Shown here: positions 43,119-52,680 of the stretch, one piece after another
Numbering within the stretch: the first letter of the stretch is position 1
Layout of the letters: every line of letters begins with the position of its first letter
Assembly: GCA_964345885.1 (NCBI GenBank)
Contig: CAYFSW010000124.1
Location: 4,042-68,041, forward strand
Reading direction: 5' to 3'
DNA from: an uncultured Gemmatimonadota bacterium
GTDB lineage: Bacteria; Gemmatimonadota; Gemmatimonadetes; Palauibacterales; KS3-K002
DNA length: 64,000 nucleotides
Notes under the pieces: generated by a model
The model's database searches: none
The model's input: the letters and a program-made list of their open reading frames with translations, nothing else
Told to the model about the DNA's origin: nothing
Position numbers and translations under genes: made by a program

Positions 43119-45716
43119 TCAGAACTCCAGCTGGTCCGGCCCGTGCGATGCGCCTCTGTAGATCGTATTGAACAGGATCTTGAACGTCTCGTGCGATTGC
43201 CCCCGGTACTGCGGGCGGAATCCGAACAGGACTACGCGTCCCGATCCATAACGCGCCTCAACCAGCGCAGCCTTGCCGCTCAAGTACTCGGGGTGCAGCG
43301 CGTAGCCGCTCAGCAGCTGTCCCGCTTCCGGATGGCGGGCGACGACCGTCACGTTGCGGGCGTCTTCGTCGACCTCGAAGATCGGGCTGTGCGAGTAATA
43401 GGCGATAGTCTCTTCGGGCATCCCATAACCTAGCGGGTGGTCGCCGTCGATCTCGATGGCGAGGATCGAGCCGGGCGCGTAGAAAGTGTCCCCGCTGCGC
43501 TGCTCGCTGCCTGTGGGGCGCACGTCCTCGATCGGCAGCTTGAGCTGCTCTATCGCGAACTCGGAGGACGAATCGATACAGACGAGTGTGCCACCGGCTC
43601 GGACGAACGCGCGGATCGCTGCGGTTCCGGCATCGCCCAAACCGCCGGCGTACTCCGAGGGCACAGTACCCGGCCTGCGTCCTTCGATGATCGAGCTCGC
43701 CGACACGTCGGGCAGGACGATCACATCGTAGCGCGCCCCCAGGTCGCCGGCGCGGATCTCCGTGTCGTGCAATGTCCGGTAGGGAAGGTCCCAGCCGTCG
43801 AACACCCAGCGAGTCCAGCCCTCGTCCATCGATGCGGTCCACGGCTGATAGAGGCCGACCCGGAGCCCCTCGACCTGGTACCCGGTGGCGACCCCAGAGA
43901 AGGCCTGCGCCGAAAGCCCTTCTTCGCTCGCCAGAGCCTCCAGTATCCCGCGTGCGTTCGCCCCCTGAAACACGGCGCTCCCGACGGGCCAGAGCCGGTC
44001 TCCGGACTGCGCCGGCTGGGATAGAAACGCGACCTTGCCGCCCGCCGCCAGCAGGCGGTGGACCGCCAGGTTGGCCGCGTTGGTCGTGTTCGCCACGATG
44101 AATGCCTGGCCCGACCCGGTCACCCTGCCGGCCGGCGGTCGGATCCCGTCGACCAGCATCTGCAGGTCGGCCTCGAACGGCTTCAGAACCTCCACCGCCT
44201 CCACACCCATCTGTAGTGGCAGCGTCCAACCCGCGGCATCGTAGGGCGTGTCAGGCGGACCGCCGGGAAAGACGCGGAGGTCGGGATACACCTGGCGCTC
44301 CAGCAGATCTTTGGCGTGTGCCCGGTAGGGCTGCTCCATCAGCACGACCCAGCTGCCTGCGGGATACTCGAGCCCGTCGGCTTCGAAGGGCGTGTCGGCG
44401 CGGTGGATCTCGACCGCACCGCGGCGCAGCACTTCCAGCATGGCGGCGGCGCTCCCCACATCACGCTGGGCCGCCGGTATCACGTAGGCGAACGGCGGCT
44501 GGTCACTACCGGCCGCTATGGCGCGACGCCCCAGCTCAACGAAATTGCCGATGAGGACAGGGCGCTCGCGCGCCGCAAGCCCGATCACCGCCTGCGCCGC
44601 GATCAATTGGTAATCGATGATGTCGCGGATGTGCCACCAGCCTCCGGGCCACGGGTTTGGGAAGTTGATCCCGTGCTGCGGCTGTCGGACCTGACCCGGC
44701 TCGAGGAAGATCGGCGAGGCGAGCCGGGCGCTGGCCGACTCGGAGAGTATCCCGATCATGTTGTGACGGGCCGGCGCGGTCCTCAAGCCACCGTGCCACC
44801 AGAGGTCGAACCGCGAGGCGTTCACGACGCCGGACTTGCCCGCCGCCTCAAGGTCGGTGGAGATCTGCAGGCCGTACAGCGAAATCATCCGCACGAGTAG
44901 TGGGTCTATGTTAGGGTTCGCCGGGTTGTCGAACGGCGGCACGAAGAACCGCGCCCCGCTGCCACCCATCTGGTGTACGTCGTACACGACCTCGGGGAAC
45001 CACTCCTGGTAGAGCAGATCGGTTAGCAAGCGGCTCTCGACCTGGGTGAGCATGTAGAAGTCACGGTTGTTATCGTGACCCACGTAGTAGTGGTAGAGCC
45101 ACGGCATCCGCCCGCCCTCGTACGGGGTGCCCAGCGTCCGTTCGTACCACTCGGACACCATCTGCTGGCCGTCGGGATTCACCGACGGGATGAGCAGGAC
45201 AACGACATCCTCCAGCGTCGCCGCCAGCTCCGGATCCGTAGCCAGCGTGTAGGCTAGCTCCATCACACCCTGGCTCGAGGCGATCTCCGTGCCGTGGATG
45301 TTGTGGCTGATCAGGACAACGGCCGGCTGGCTCGCCAGCAGCGACTCCAGGTCGCCCTCACCCAGCCGCCGGGGATCGGCGAGCTTGGTCTGGTTGAGCC
45401 TGATCTCTTCCAGCCGCGCCATGTTCTCCGGCGCCGTTACGGTGGCGAGTATGAACGGTCGATCCTGCGTGGTGCGGCCGAGCGTGTCGACGCGAACGGC
45501 CGCCGAAGCGCTGCCCAGGAGCTCGAAGTAGCCGCTGATCTTCTCCCAGTCGGCCAGCTTGAAGTCGGCGCCGACACGATGGCCGAGGTAGGCTTCCGGT
45601 GCGACGAGCGCGGGCGGGGCAGTGGGCCCGGCTGTCTCCTGGCCGGCCAGCGGGCCGGCCGGAACCAGCGGTGTGACCGCGACAATCAGGGCGATGAAGC
45701 GACGCGAGTGCAACAT
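43119..45716 (-). CDS. M14 family zinc carboxypeptidase with additional C-terminal domain
   Basis: Signal peptide. HNIHGTEI...E (the HxxE zinc ligands) and HQMGG in a peptidase_M14 N-terminal module. 865 aa. Confidence 0.85.
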   Translation of the reverse strand: MLHSRRFIALIVAVTPLVPAGPLAGQETAGPTAPPALVAPEAYLGHRVGADFKLADWEKISGYFELLGSASAAVRVDTLGRTTQDRPFILATVTAPENMARLEEIRLNQTKLADPRRLGEGDLESLLASQPAVVLISHNIHGTEIASSQGVMELAYTLATDPELAATLEDVVVLLIPSVNPDGQQMVSEWYERTLGTPYEGGRMPWLYHYYVGHDNNRDFYMLTQVESRLLTDLLYQEWFPEVVYDVHQMGGSGARFFVPPFDNPANPNIDPLLVRMISLYGLQISTDLEAAGKSGVVNASRFDLWWHGGLRTAPARHNMIGILSESASARLASPIFLEPGQVRQPQHGINFPNPWPGGWWHIRDIIDYQLIAAQAVIGLAARERPVLIGNFVELGRRAIAAGSDQPPFAYVIPAAQRDVGSAAAMLEVLRRGAVEIHRADTPFEADGLEYPAGSWVVLMEQPYRAHAKDLLERQVYPDLRVFPGGPPDTPYDAAGWTLPLQMGVEAVEVLKPFEADLQMLVDGIRPPAGRVTGSGQAFIVANTTNAANLAVHRLLAAGGKVAFLSQPAQSGDRLWPVGSAVFQGANARGILEALASEEGLSAQAFSGVATGYQVEGLRVGLYQPWTASMDEGWTRWVFDGWDLPYRTLHDTEIRAGDLGARYDVIVLPDVSASSIIEGRRPGTVPSEYAGGLGDAGTAAIRAFVRAGGTLVCIDSSSEFAIEQLKLPIEDVRPTGSEQRSGDTFYAPGSILAIEIDGDHPLGYGMPEETIAYYSHSPIFEVDEDARNVTVVARHPEAGQLLSGYALHPEYLSGKAALVEARYGSGRVVLFGFRPQYRGQSHETFKILFNTIYRGASHGPDQLEF

Positions 45717-45810
45717 GGGCGGCTTCCAATGGTGTAGGTGATGGGCGCTATCGCGGAGCGAAAGCTACGGCGGCTGCGGTGCGGTGCAAGTATGCCGGAA
45801 GACGCGCAAA

Positions 45811-47655
45811 TCAGCGCTCGGCGTCCTGGGTCTGACGCCAGCGGCTGCGAACTGCGAGCTGAACGTCGGTCGGGTCCTCGACCTCCACCAGACTGTAGAC
45901 CGGAACGGACCGCGAGCCCAGCGTCAGAGTGATGGTTCGCTCCCGGCCCATCCGCAACACCAGCAGCTCGAGTTTCGTACCGGGGCTGGACCGAGCGAGC
46001 ACTTCCCTCAAGGCATCCAGGCCGGCGATCTCGCTCCCGTCCACCGCGATGATCTCGTCACCGTAGACGAGCCCGCTACGATAGGCCGGTCCCCCCTGCA
46101 CGACCCCGTCCAGCCGCACCCGGCCGTTCGACTCGCCGAGGTAGACACCCATGTATCCCGTCTGGTTGCTTCGTGCCGTGGCCGCCTCGTCAACTACGAG
46201 GTCGTAGCCGGCCAGTCGGAAGAACTCCTCGAACGGGATGTCGTCGGTCCCGAACACGTAGCGGTCGAAGAACTCCCTGAACGAGCTTCCGGCTACCTCC
46301 TCGCAGATAGCGCGTATCGCCTCGGCGTCGAACGCCGCGTCCTCGTCCACGGTTAGCTTCCACATCCGGCGCATCACGTCATCGACCCCCTTGGCGCCCT
46401 GGGTCCGGTGCCCGATCTCGAGCTCTAGCAGGTTGGCGATGACGCTGCCCTTGAAGTAGTAGTCGGTGTGGTAGTTGTTGAAGCTCTCGTCGCTGCGATA
46501 CAGGTGGATCCAGGCGTTGAAGCTCGCGTCGGCAGCACTCTGCGCCCTGTGGCCCGGGGTCGACCGGTATCGCGTGACCATCGCGATGGGGTCTTCGGGA
46601 CTTTCGAAGAGTCCGGCTCGGTGGAGAATCCTGTCGTCGTAGTATGAAGTGAATCCCTCGTAGAACCAGAGCGCGTCAGTGTAGTTCTCTTGCTCGTAGT
46701 TGTAGGGTCTGAAAGCGGGCGGCTGGATCCTCTTCACCACCCAGGCGTGGAAGAACTCGTGCGCTGTAACGCCGAGCACGGCGTTATGGCCGTCCTCGCT
46801 CTGGAAGTCGAGGCCACTCAGCCCTATCGTCGTGCCGTTGGCGTGCTCGATCCCGCCGCCGCCGGTCAGCGTCGTGAAGACGAACGCGTACCTGTCGTAC
46901 GGGAGGCCGCCGAACAGCTCCGAGCAAACCTCGATGATCCTGGTGAACTCATCCCGCAGCCGCGCCAGATCGGCGTTGTGCGGACCGAGGATGGCTATGA
47001 GGTGCGGGATGCCTCCCACCTCGAACGCGATCTCGTCGAAGTGACCGATCAGCATCGGCGCGTCGATCAGCTCGTGGTACGAGTCGGCCGAGATCGTGTA
47101 CGGGTCGCCGGCCGATGGGGCGATAGCTCCGTTTAGGCGCCAACCCGGCGGCAATTCGAATCTGGCGGTCGCGGGCGCGTCGGCGGCACCGACGACATGC
47201 ATGAACAGGCTCGGTCCGATGACGTGGCCCCCGTCATCGTAGATGAAGGACCAGCGAATACCCGGTTCGCGGGCGTAGACGTCGTAGTCGACCAGGACGC
47301 GCTCGGCGCCGTCCGTTTCAACGCGCCAGGTGTTCTTGTCCACCTTGTGCCAGGCCAGCGGCCTGCCGGCCCCATCCTGTGCGGCGAACCTCTTTACGTG
47401 ACGCTCGTATTCCCGCACCAGGTACGAGCCCGGGGTCCAGACGGGCATCGAGACGTCGAACTCACCGTCGCTGATTCCCGAGATTTCCATTCGGACCTGG
47501 AACATGCTCGTTTGGGGCTGCGCGACGGTCACGGTGTACAGAACTGGCGGTTCGACCGCGGCCGTCGCAACGGACGTCGCGACGAGCAACACGGCCGACG
47601 CTAGCGTGACTCGAAGTAGCTTCGCTGGGTTCATTACCGGCTCCCTGTGGGTCAC
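45811..47655 (-). CDS. M61 family glycyl aminopeptidase with C-terminal PDZ domain
   Basis: HEFFHAW is the zinc-binding HExxH. A C-terminal PDZ-like segment is present (GVYLGESNGRVRLDGVVQGGPAYRSGLVYGDEIIAVDG). Confidence 0.85.
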   Translation of the reverse strand: MTHREPVMNPAKLLRVTLASAVLLVATSVATAAVEPPVLYTVTVAQPQTSMFQVRMEISGISDGEFDVSMPVWTPGSYLVREYERHVKRFAAQDGAGRPLAWHKVDKNTWRVETDGAERVLVDYDVYAREPGIRWSFIYDDGGHVIGPSLFMHVVGAADAPATARFELPPGWRLNGAIAPSAGDPYTISADSYHELIDAPMLIGHFDEIAFEVGGIPHLIAILGPHNADLARLRDEFTRIIEVCSELFGGLPYDRYAFVFTTLTGGGGIEHANGTTIGLSGLDFQSEDGHNAVLGVTAHEFFHAWVVKRIQPPAFRPYNYEQENYTDALWFYEGFTSYYDDRILHRAGLFESPEDPIAMVTRYRSTPGHRAQSAADASFNAWIHLYRSDESFNNYHTDYYFKGSVIANLLELEIGHRTQGAKGVDDVMRRMWKLTVDEDAAFDAEAIRAICEEVAGSSFREFFDRYVFGTDDIPFEEFFRLAGYDLVVDEAATARSNQTGYMGVYLGESNGRVRLDGVVQGGPAYRSGLVYGDEIIAVDGSEIAGLDALREVLARSSPGTKLELLVLRMGRERTITLTLGSRSVPVYSLVEVEDPTDVQLAVRSRWRQTQDAER

Positions 47656-47740
47656 GTGCAGTTGGGGGATAGTATGAGTCGGCGCACCCGGTTAGACGGC
47701 CCGTCGGCTGACAAGGTTGCTAATCACGGGGTCAAGAAAA

Positions 47741-47775
47741 AGGGAGCACCGCTTGGGGTGCCCCCTTCTTAGTTG
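47741..47775 (-). terminator. Rho-independent terminator of the sigma factor gene
   Basis: On the minus strand a GC stem (gggagcacc / ggtgccccc, 1 mismatch) is followed by a TTTTT tract. Confidence 0.5.
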
Positions 47776-47792
47776 TCAGTGTTCAGTCCGGC

Positions 47793-48692
47793 TTAGACCG
47801 ATGAGAAGCTGGCCAGCGCCGCGCCGCGGTCACCTTCTCGCAGCTCCTTCAGCGCCCGGTCGCGCAGCTGTCGCACCCGCTCCCGCGTGATGCCCAGCTT
47901 CTGCCCGATCTCTTCCAGCGTGTGCTCGCGGCCGTCACCGAGACCGTAGTACAGCCTCAGGACCAAGGCGTCGCGCTCTCGGAGTGTGCTCAGCGCATCG
48001 TCGATCTGCTCGCGGAGCAAGCGCTCCTCGACCTCGGCGTGCGCATTGCTCGCCTCCTCGCTCACGAACCGCTCGACCAGGCTCGAGTCCTCGCTGTCGC
48101 CGATCGGCGCATCGAGACGGACCTCGCCGGCGTTCAACGCCTCGAGCATCTCCACCGTCGCCGGGTTCATGTCGAGGTGCCGGGCGATCTCCTCGCTGGT
48201 CGGCTCCCGATCCAGCGTCACCTTGAGCGCCTGCCGCGCCTTCAGGATCTTCGAGAGCTCCGCGGCACGGTTGAGCGGGACCCGCACGGAACGCCCATGG
48301 TGCGCCAGCGCCGACAGGATGGCCTGGCGGATCCACCAGACGGCGTAGCTGATGAACTTCACCCCCTGGTCCGGGTCGAACTTGATCGCCGCCGTCACCA
48401 GACCCAGGTTGCCCTGCTGGATCAGATCGCTGAGCGGCAGCCCGCGACCCTGGTACTTCTTGGCCACCGAGATCACGAAGCGTAGGTTGGCCTTGCAGAG
48501 AGCCTGGATCGCTCTCGAATCCCCCTTCTGAGCACGCCGCGCCAGCCTGATCTCTTCCTCGGGCGTGATCAGCCCGTGCTGGCTGACGTCCTGGAGGTAC
48601 TGATCCAGGGCAGAATCCTCCCCCGCAACCCGGCTCTTCAGAGCCTGGCTGGCACGACGCTTCGCCCTGGCAGAATCACGATCCATGATCAT
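47793..48692 (-). CDS. RNA polymerase sigma-70 family factor (RpoD/RpoS-like, regions 2-4)
   Basis: DLIQQGNLGLVTAAIKFD is region 2.2, YAVWWIRQAI is 2.3/2.4, and the region 4 HTH is TLEEIGQKLGITRERVRQL. Confidence 0.9.
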   Translation of the reverse strand: MIMDRDSARAKRRASQALKSRVAGEDSALDQYLQDVSQHGLITPEEEIRLARRAQKGDSRAIQALCKANLRFVISVAKKYQGRGLPLSDLIQQGNLGLVTAAIKFDPDQGVKFISYAVWWIRQAILSALAHHGRSVRVPLNRAAELSKILKARQALKVTLDREPTSEEIARHLDMNPATVEMLEALNAGEVRLDAPIGDSEDSSLVERFVSEEASNAHAEVEERLLREQIDDALSTLRERDALVLRLYYGLGDGREHTLEEIGQKLGITRERVRQLRDRALKELREGDRGAALASFSSV

Positions 48693-48928
48693 CGCTCTAT
48701 GATTTACCCCTACTCCGATCCTATCTCTAGGCTCTGCTCAATATTAAAGTCCCGGCTGGGAACGCCTGTTCCGCCGGGATCTTGCCATCTGGGCGGCTTT
48801 CCGCCCGAGTGCACCCGGGGTCCGGCAAATAAGACACCTCAGTGGCCATAAAGTTTCAAAGCGGACCCGGGGTGTGGCTAGCCGTGGCCAACCCTCAATT
48901 ATAGGGACCGCGGTCCCGTTGTCAAGGT

Positions 48929-49035
48929 GGGAGTTCGGGGTTCTGGGATTCCACGGATTCCTAATACACCTTCCCGTATTCCCTGATTGCGGATCCCGAA
49001 TTCCGAATCCCCGAATCCCCGCATCCCTCAATCCC
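48929..49035. repeat. Intergenic palindromic repeat, family R copy 2 (half-length)
   Basis: gggattccacggattcctaatacacc ... cccgaattccgaatccccgaatcccc. The ccacggattcctaataca block is shared with the copy at 52359-52388. Confidence 0.55.
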
Positions 49036-50073
49036 CTAGTTCCACCGGAAGATCTTCAGCGCCGCCCCGAAGCTCACTACCCCCCAGGCGGCGGCCAGCG
49101 CCAGCCGTCCCAGGTTGGCGGTCAGCGGGTCGCCGTCGATCATCACGGAGCGGAGGGCGTCGAGCAGCGGGGTCAGCGGCAGGGCCTGGATGAATGGTTG
49201 CAGCGGCTCTGGGAATCTGGCGTAAGAGAAGAAGACGCCGGAAAAGATCCACATGGGGAGCATGACGAAGTTCATGATCCCGGATACACCCTCGACGGTT
49301 TGGGCGCGGCTGGCGGTGAGCAGTCCTAGGCCGGCGAAGGTCGTGGCGCCGACCACGGCCACGCTAAAGAGGTCGAGGATCGAGCCGTGGACCCGGACGT
49401 CGAAGACGAGCCATCCGAAGCCGACCAGGGCGGCGACTTCGAGGATCATGAAAGCGAAGCGGGAGAGGCCGAAGGAGAGCAGGTAGTGGCTCTTGCGCAT
49501 CGGGGTGGCGAGCAGCCGTTTGAGCAACTTCTTGCGCCGGGCCTGCACGATGTTGAAACCGATCCCCCACATCCCGCTGCCCATCAGGTTGAGGCCCAGC
49601 AAACCGGGGATGAGGAAGTCGATGTAGCGGGAGCCCGGCTCGGTGAGGTGCCGTTCGCGCGCCTGGCGCGGGTCGGCGCGGCCGGCGGCTCGTTGCACCG
49701 CGTCATCCACTACGCGCCGGGCCAGCAGGCCCTCGCTGCGCGTGGGATCGAACACGTAGGTGACCGAGTCGCCCGGTACGACGACCAGGGTGAGCTTGCC
49801 GCTGCGCAGCTCGTTCTGCGCCTCTGCGGGCGGCATGAGTAGCGCGCGGAGTTCGGGGAAGCTATCGAGCGACACCGCCAGCTCGGCCGCGCCGGGACCG
49901 TCCTGTACCGCGATGCGCAGAGACTCTGCCGGGCGGTTGCGGAAGGCGATCCCGAGGCCGAGGGCAAGCAGGACGGGGAAGATGAAGACCCAGAAAATCG
50001 CCTCGGGTTCGCGGATGAACTCGAGGATCCGGGCCCGGGTCAATTCCCACAGCGGGTGCGAGGGGTCACTCAT
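49036..50073 (-). CDS. ABC-2 type transporter permease
   Basis: Six TM helices. ABC-2 fold. Overlaps the ATPase gene. Confidence 0.8.
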   Translation of the reverse strand: MSDPSHPLWELTRARILEFIREPEAIFWVFIFPVLLALGLGIAFRNRPAESLRIAVQDGPGAAELAVSLDSFPELRALLMPPAEAQNELRSGKLTLVVVPGDSVTYVFDPTRSEGLLARRVVDDAVQRAAGRADPRQARERHLTEPGSRYIDFLIPGLLGLNLMGSGMWGIGFNIVQARRKKLLKRLLATPMRKSHYLLSFGLSRFAFMILEVAALVGFGWLVFDVRVHGSILDLFSVAVVGATTFAGLGLLTASRAQTVEGVSGIMNFVMLPMWIFSGVFFSYARFPEPLQPFIQALPLTPLLDALRSVMIDGDPLTANLGRLALAAAWGVVSFGAALKIFRWN

Positions 50074-51040
50074 CTCTCAAGTGCCGCCCTGTGAGTGAGA
50101 CGAAGACGTCCTCGAGAGTAGCGTGGTGGGTGGTTAGCCGCGAAAGCTCGACCTCGCGACCGCGGAGCGCGGCGAGCAGTGCCGGCACTGTTCGATGCAC
50201 CTCACTCACCGTCAAGAAGATTCCGTGGCGCTCGCGCCGCACGTCCCGCACGCCGCCCACCTCGCGTAGCCACTCGTCGACAGTTGGGTCGTCCACCTCG
50301 AGTGCAATCTCTACCACATGTTCAGCGCCCAGTTGCGAGATGAGCTCACCGGGCGTGCCGAGGGCGATAACCTGGCCGTGGTCGACGACGGCGACCCGGT
50401 CGCAGAGCCGTTCCGCCTCTTCCATGTAGTGGGTGGTGAGCAGGACGGTGCCGCCGCAGGTCTTGAACTCGAGCACCAGGTCCCAGAGCTGGCGCCTCGA
50501 TTGCGGGTCCAGTCCGGTGGTCGGCTCGTCGAGGAAGAGAAGCTCCGGCTCGCTCACCAGCGCGCTGGCTACCGCCAGGCGCTGCTGTTGACCGCCCGAG
50601 AGGCGCGAGACCCAGGCGGAGCGTTTCTCCTCTAGTTCCACGATCTTCAGGACCTCGTCGATGCTGCGCCCACGCTCGAAGAAGCTGCGGAAGATGCGCA
50701 GCGTCTCCTCGACCGTCAGCTTCTCCGCCAGCTGGGTCTCCTGCAGCTGGACGCCCAGTCGCTGCCTGATGGCGCGATCGTCAGCGCCCCACCGCATCCC
50801 GAGAATCTCGACCTCCCCGGCATCAGGCTCAAGCAGCCCTTCGAGTATCTCGACGGTCGTCGTCTTGCCGGCGCCGTTAGGGCCGAGCAGCCCGAAACAC
50901 TCGCCGGCGTGGACCTCGAGGTCGAGCCCGTCGACCGCCACCACATCGCCGTAGCTCTTTTTCAGGCCTATGCAAGAGACCGCAACTTTTCCGCTCATGC
51001 TGTCTGCTTGGGGGTTCGGGAGCGCTCCTTGGCCCCCCAA
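50066..51040 (-). CDS. ABC transporter ATP-binding protein
   Basis: Walker A GPNGAGKTT, signature LSGGQQQR, Walker B LLFLDEPT. Confidence 0.9.
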   Translation of the reverse strand: MGGQGALPNPQADSMSGKVAVSCIGLKKSYGDVVAVDGLDLEVHAGECFGLLGPNGAGKTTTVEILEGLLEPDAGEVEILGMRWGADDRAIRQRLGVQLQETQLAEKLTVEETLRIFRSFFERGRSIDEVLKIVELEEKRSAWVSRLSGGQQQRLAVASALVSEPELLFLDEPTTGLDPQSRRQLWDLVLEFKTCGGTVLLTTHYMEEAERLCDRVAVVDHGQVIALGTPGELISQLGAEHVVEIALEVDDPTVDEWLREVGGVRDVRRERHGIFLTVSEVHRTVPALLAALRGREVELSRLTTHHATLEDVFVSLTGRHLRDE

Positions 51041-51044
51041 CTCT

Positions 51045-51455
51045 CTACCGCAGCCCCAGCAGCTCCACGTCGAAGAACAACGTGGCGCCCGGGGGGATGA
51101 CGCTGCCCACGCCGCGATCGCCGTAGCCCAGCTCGGGCGGGATGATCAGGCGTCGCTTGTCGCCCACGCGCATCAGAGCCAAAGCCTCGTCCCAGCCCCG
51201 TATGACCCGCCCCATGCCGAGTGGGAACTCGAACGGCTCGCCGCGATCCACCGAGCTGTCGAACTTGGTACCGTCGGTTAGGTAGCCCGTGTAGTGGACT
51301 TGGACCGTCTGGCCCTGCTGGGCCGTCGCGCCGCTGCCGTCCTCGATCGCAATCAGTTGGAGGCCGCTGGCTGTGGTCGTAGTGTCACCCGTCACCGTTG
51401 GTGGGCCGCTAGTTTCGCTCATGACGCCCTCCTCTGATTCACTCACCGTATCCAT
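51045..51455 (-). CDS. FKBP-type peptidyl-prolyl cis-trans isomerase
   Basis: [16 protein letters not shown]...VIRGWDEAL...[13 protein letters not shown]. Confidence 0.85.
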   Translation of the reverse strand: MDTVSESEEGVMSETSGPPTVTGDTTTTASGLQLIAIEDGSGATAQQGQTVQVHYTGYLTDGTKFDSSVDRGEPFEFPLGMGRVIRGWDEALALMRVGDKRRLIIPPELGYGDRGVGSVIPPGATLFFDVELLGLR

Positions 51456-51584
51456 ACTCGCCGTATCGGTTTCTGCATCGCCGGTTCAGCTCGCGGCGAA
51501 GAACGCTGCAACGATGAACGTACTCAGTCTCTTGTACATCTCACGCTCCTGTGATTGTGGGCAAACGTTTACGATCATTGGACG

Positions 51585-52079
51585 CTATTTGACTGCGAGC
51601 AGCGCAATGTCGAAGATCAACGTCGCGTTAGACGGAATCACGTCCGGGTAGCCCCGGTCACCGTAGCCGAGCTCGGGTGGGATTATCAAGCGCCACATGT
51701 CACCGGCCCGCATCAGGTTGACGCCTTCGTCCCAGCCGCGAATGACTTGGCCAGCCCCGAGCTCGAACTCCGTCGGCTCACCGGCGAGTACGGAGCTGTC
51801 GAACAGGGTGCCGTCTTCCAGCCAGCCGCTGTACTGCACCCGCACCGTCCGATGACGTTCGGCGCGCCGACCGTCGCCGCGTATGATCACGATGTACTTG
51901 AGGCCGCTGTCGGTCGTGATCGTGTCGCCCTCCACGGGCGGTGGCCCGCCCGCCTGGCTAACGGGGAACTCGGCGCGGCGCGCGGAGCCCTCGTTCGGAG
52001 CCCGGTCGTTGAACGAACCGGCGGTGAACATCAAGGCGAGCCCCACAGCCGGGACAGCGAATCGAAGCGTTCTGGTCAT
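51585..52079 (-). CDS. FKBP-type peptidyl-prolyl cis-trans isomerase (secreted paralog)
   Basis: Signal peptide, then VQYSGWLEDGTLFDSS...VIRGWDEGV...[13 protein letters not shown]. Confidence 0.85.
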   Translation of the reverse strand: MTRTLRFAVPAVGLALMFTAGSFNDRAPNEGSARRAEFPVSQAGGPPPVEGDTITTDSGLKYIVIIRGDGRRAERHRTVRVQYSGWLEDGTLFDSSVLAGEPTEFELGAGQVIRGWDEGVNLMRAGDMWRLIIPPELGYGDRGYPDVIPSNATLIFDIALLAVK

Positions 52080-52169
52080 CTCGGGCTACCTCCCGTCTTG
52101 GGATCGCGCCGCGTACGTCTGTTCTCAAAAGTGCGGGGAGTATAGCGGACCGCTCCGACCCCGCAACAG

Positions 52170-52442
52170 TGGGAATTCAGGAATCGGGGAATCGGGAATT
52201 CGCGAATTCGGGAACCCGGTATTGGAACCGGGGAAGGGGAACGTAGAAACCGTGGAATCCGTGGAGTCCGTGGTATCCGGGATTCGGGGAAGTTGTATGG
52301 GAATCCGTTGAGTCCGGGAATCGATGCGGTAGGTAGTGTCCTTCCCATCCTCCCCTATCCCACGGACTCCACGGATTCCTAATACAACTCCCAAACTCCC
52401 TGAATCCGACTCCCGAATTGCGAATCCTTGAATCCCCGAAAC
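52170..52442. repeat. Intergenic palindromic repeat, family R copy 3 (longest)
   Basis: gggaattcaggaatcggggaatcgggaattcgcgaattcggg ... gaaaccgtggaatccgtggagtccgtggtatccgggattcgggga ... cccacggactccacggattcctaatacaac ... cccgaattgcgaatccttgaatccccgaa. Internal arms are reverse complements of each other. Confidence 0.6.
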
Positions 52443-52680
52443 CCAACGAGGATCTTATCCCCCGGCCGGGTGTAACCAATCTTACGCAGGGCCTTGGGGT
52501 GAACCCACAGGCCCTATCGTCCGAGTCCCCCCCGCGCATCGGGTCTGCGGCCCTGGAAATGGGCCGTCGCGGCCGACCCGGCAATCCAGGCAGTGCTGAA
52601 GGGAACGTAGTCCCATGGACAAGGCGGCGCCTAAGTGGCTAGTTTGTCAGCCCCTGGAGGGTTCACGGGGTGGAGGAGTG

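Noticed and set aside
48700-48900. Possible structured ncRNA upstream of the sigma-factor gene (inverted segments cacccggggtccg / cggacccggggtg about 45 bp apart)
   Set aside because: It could simply be promoter/leader secondary structure. There is no independent evidence for a discrete RNA gene.
52177-52584. ORFs predicted inside the family-R palindromic repeats (52177..52584, 52125..52394, 55089..55487, 55270..55491, 1075..1329)
   Set aside because: Their sequences are repetitive GIRNS/PRIP peptides generated by translating the repeat units on either strand. They have no start context and no conservation, and all lie wholly within the repeats.
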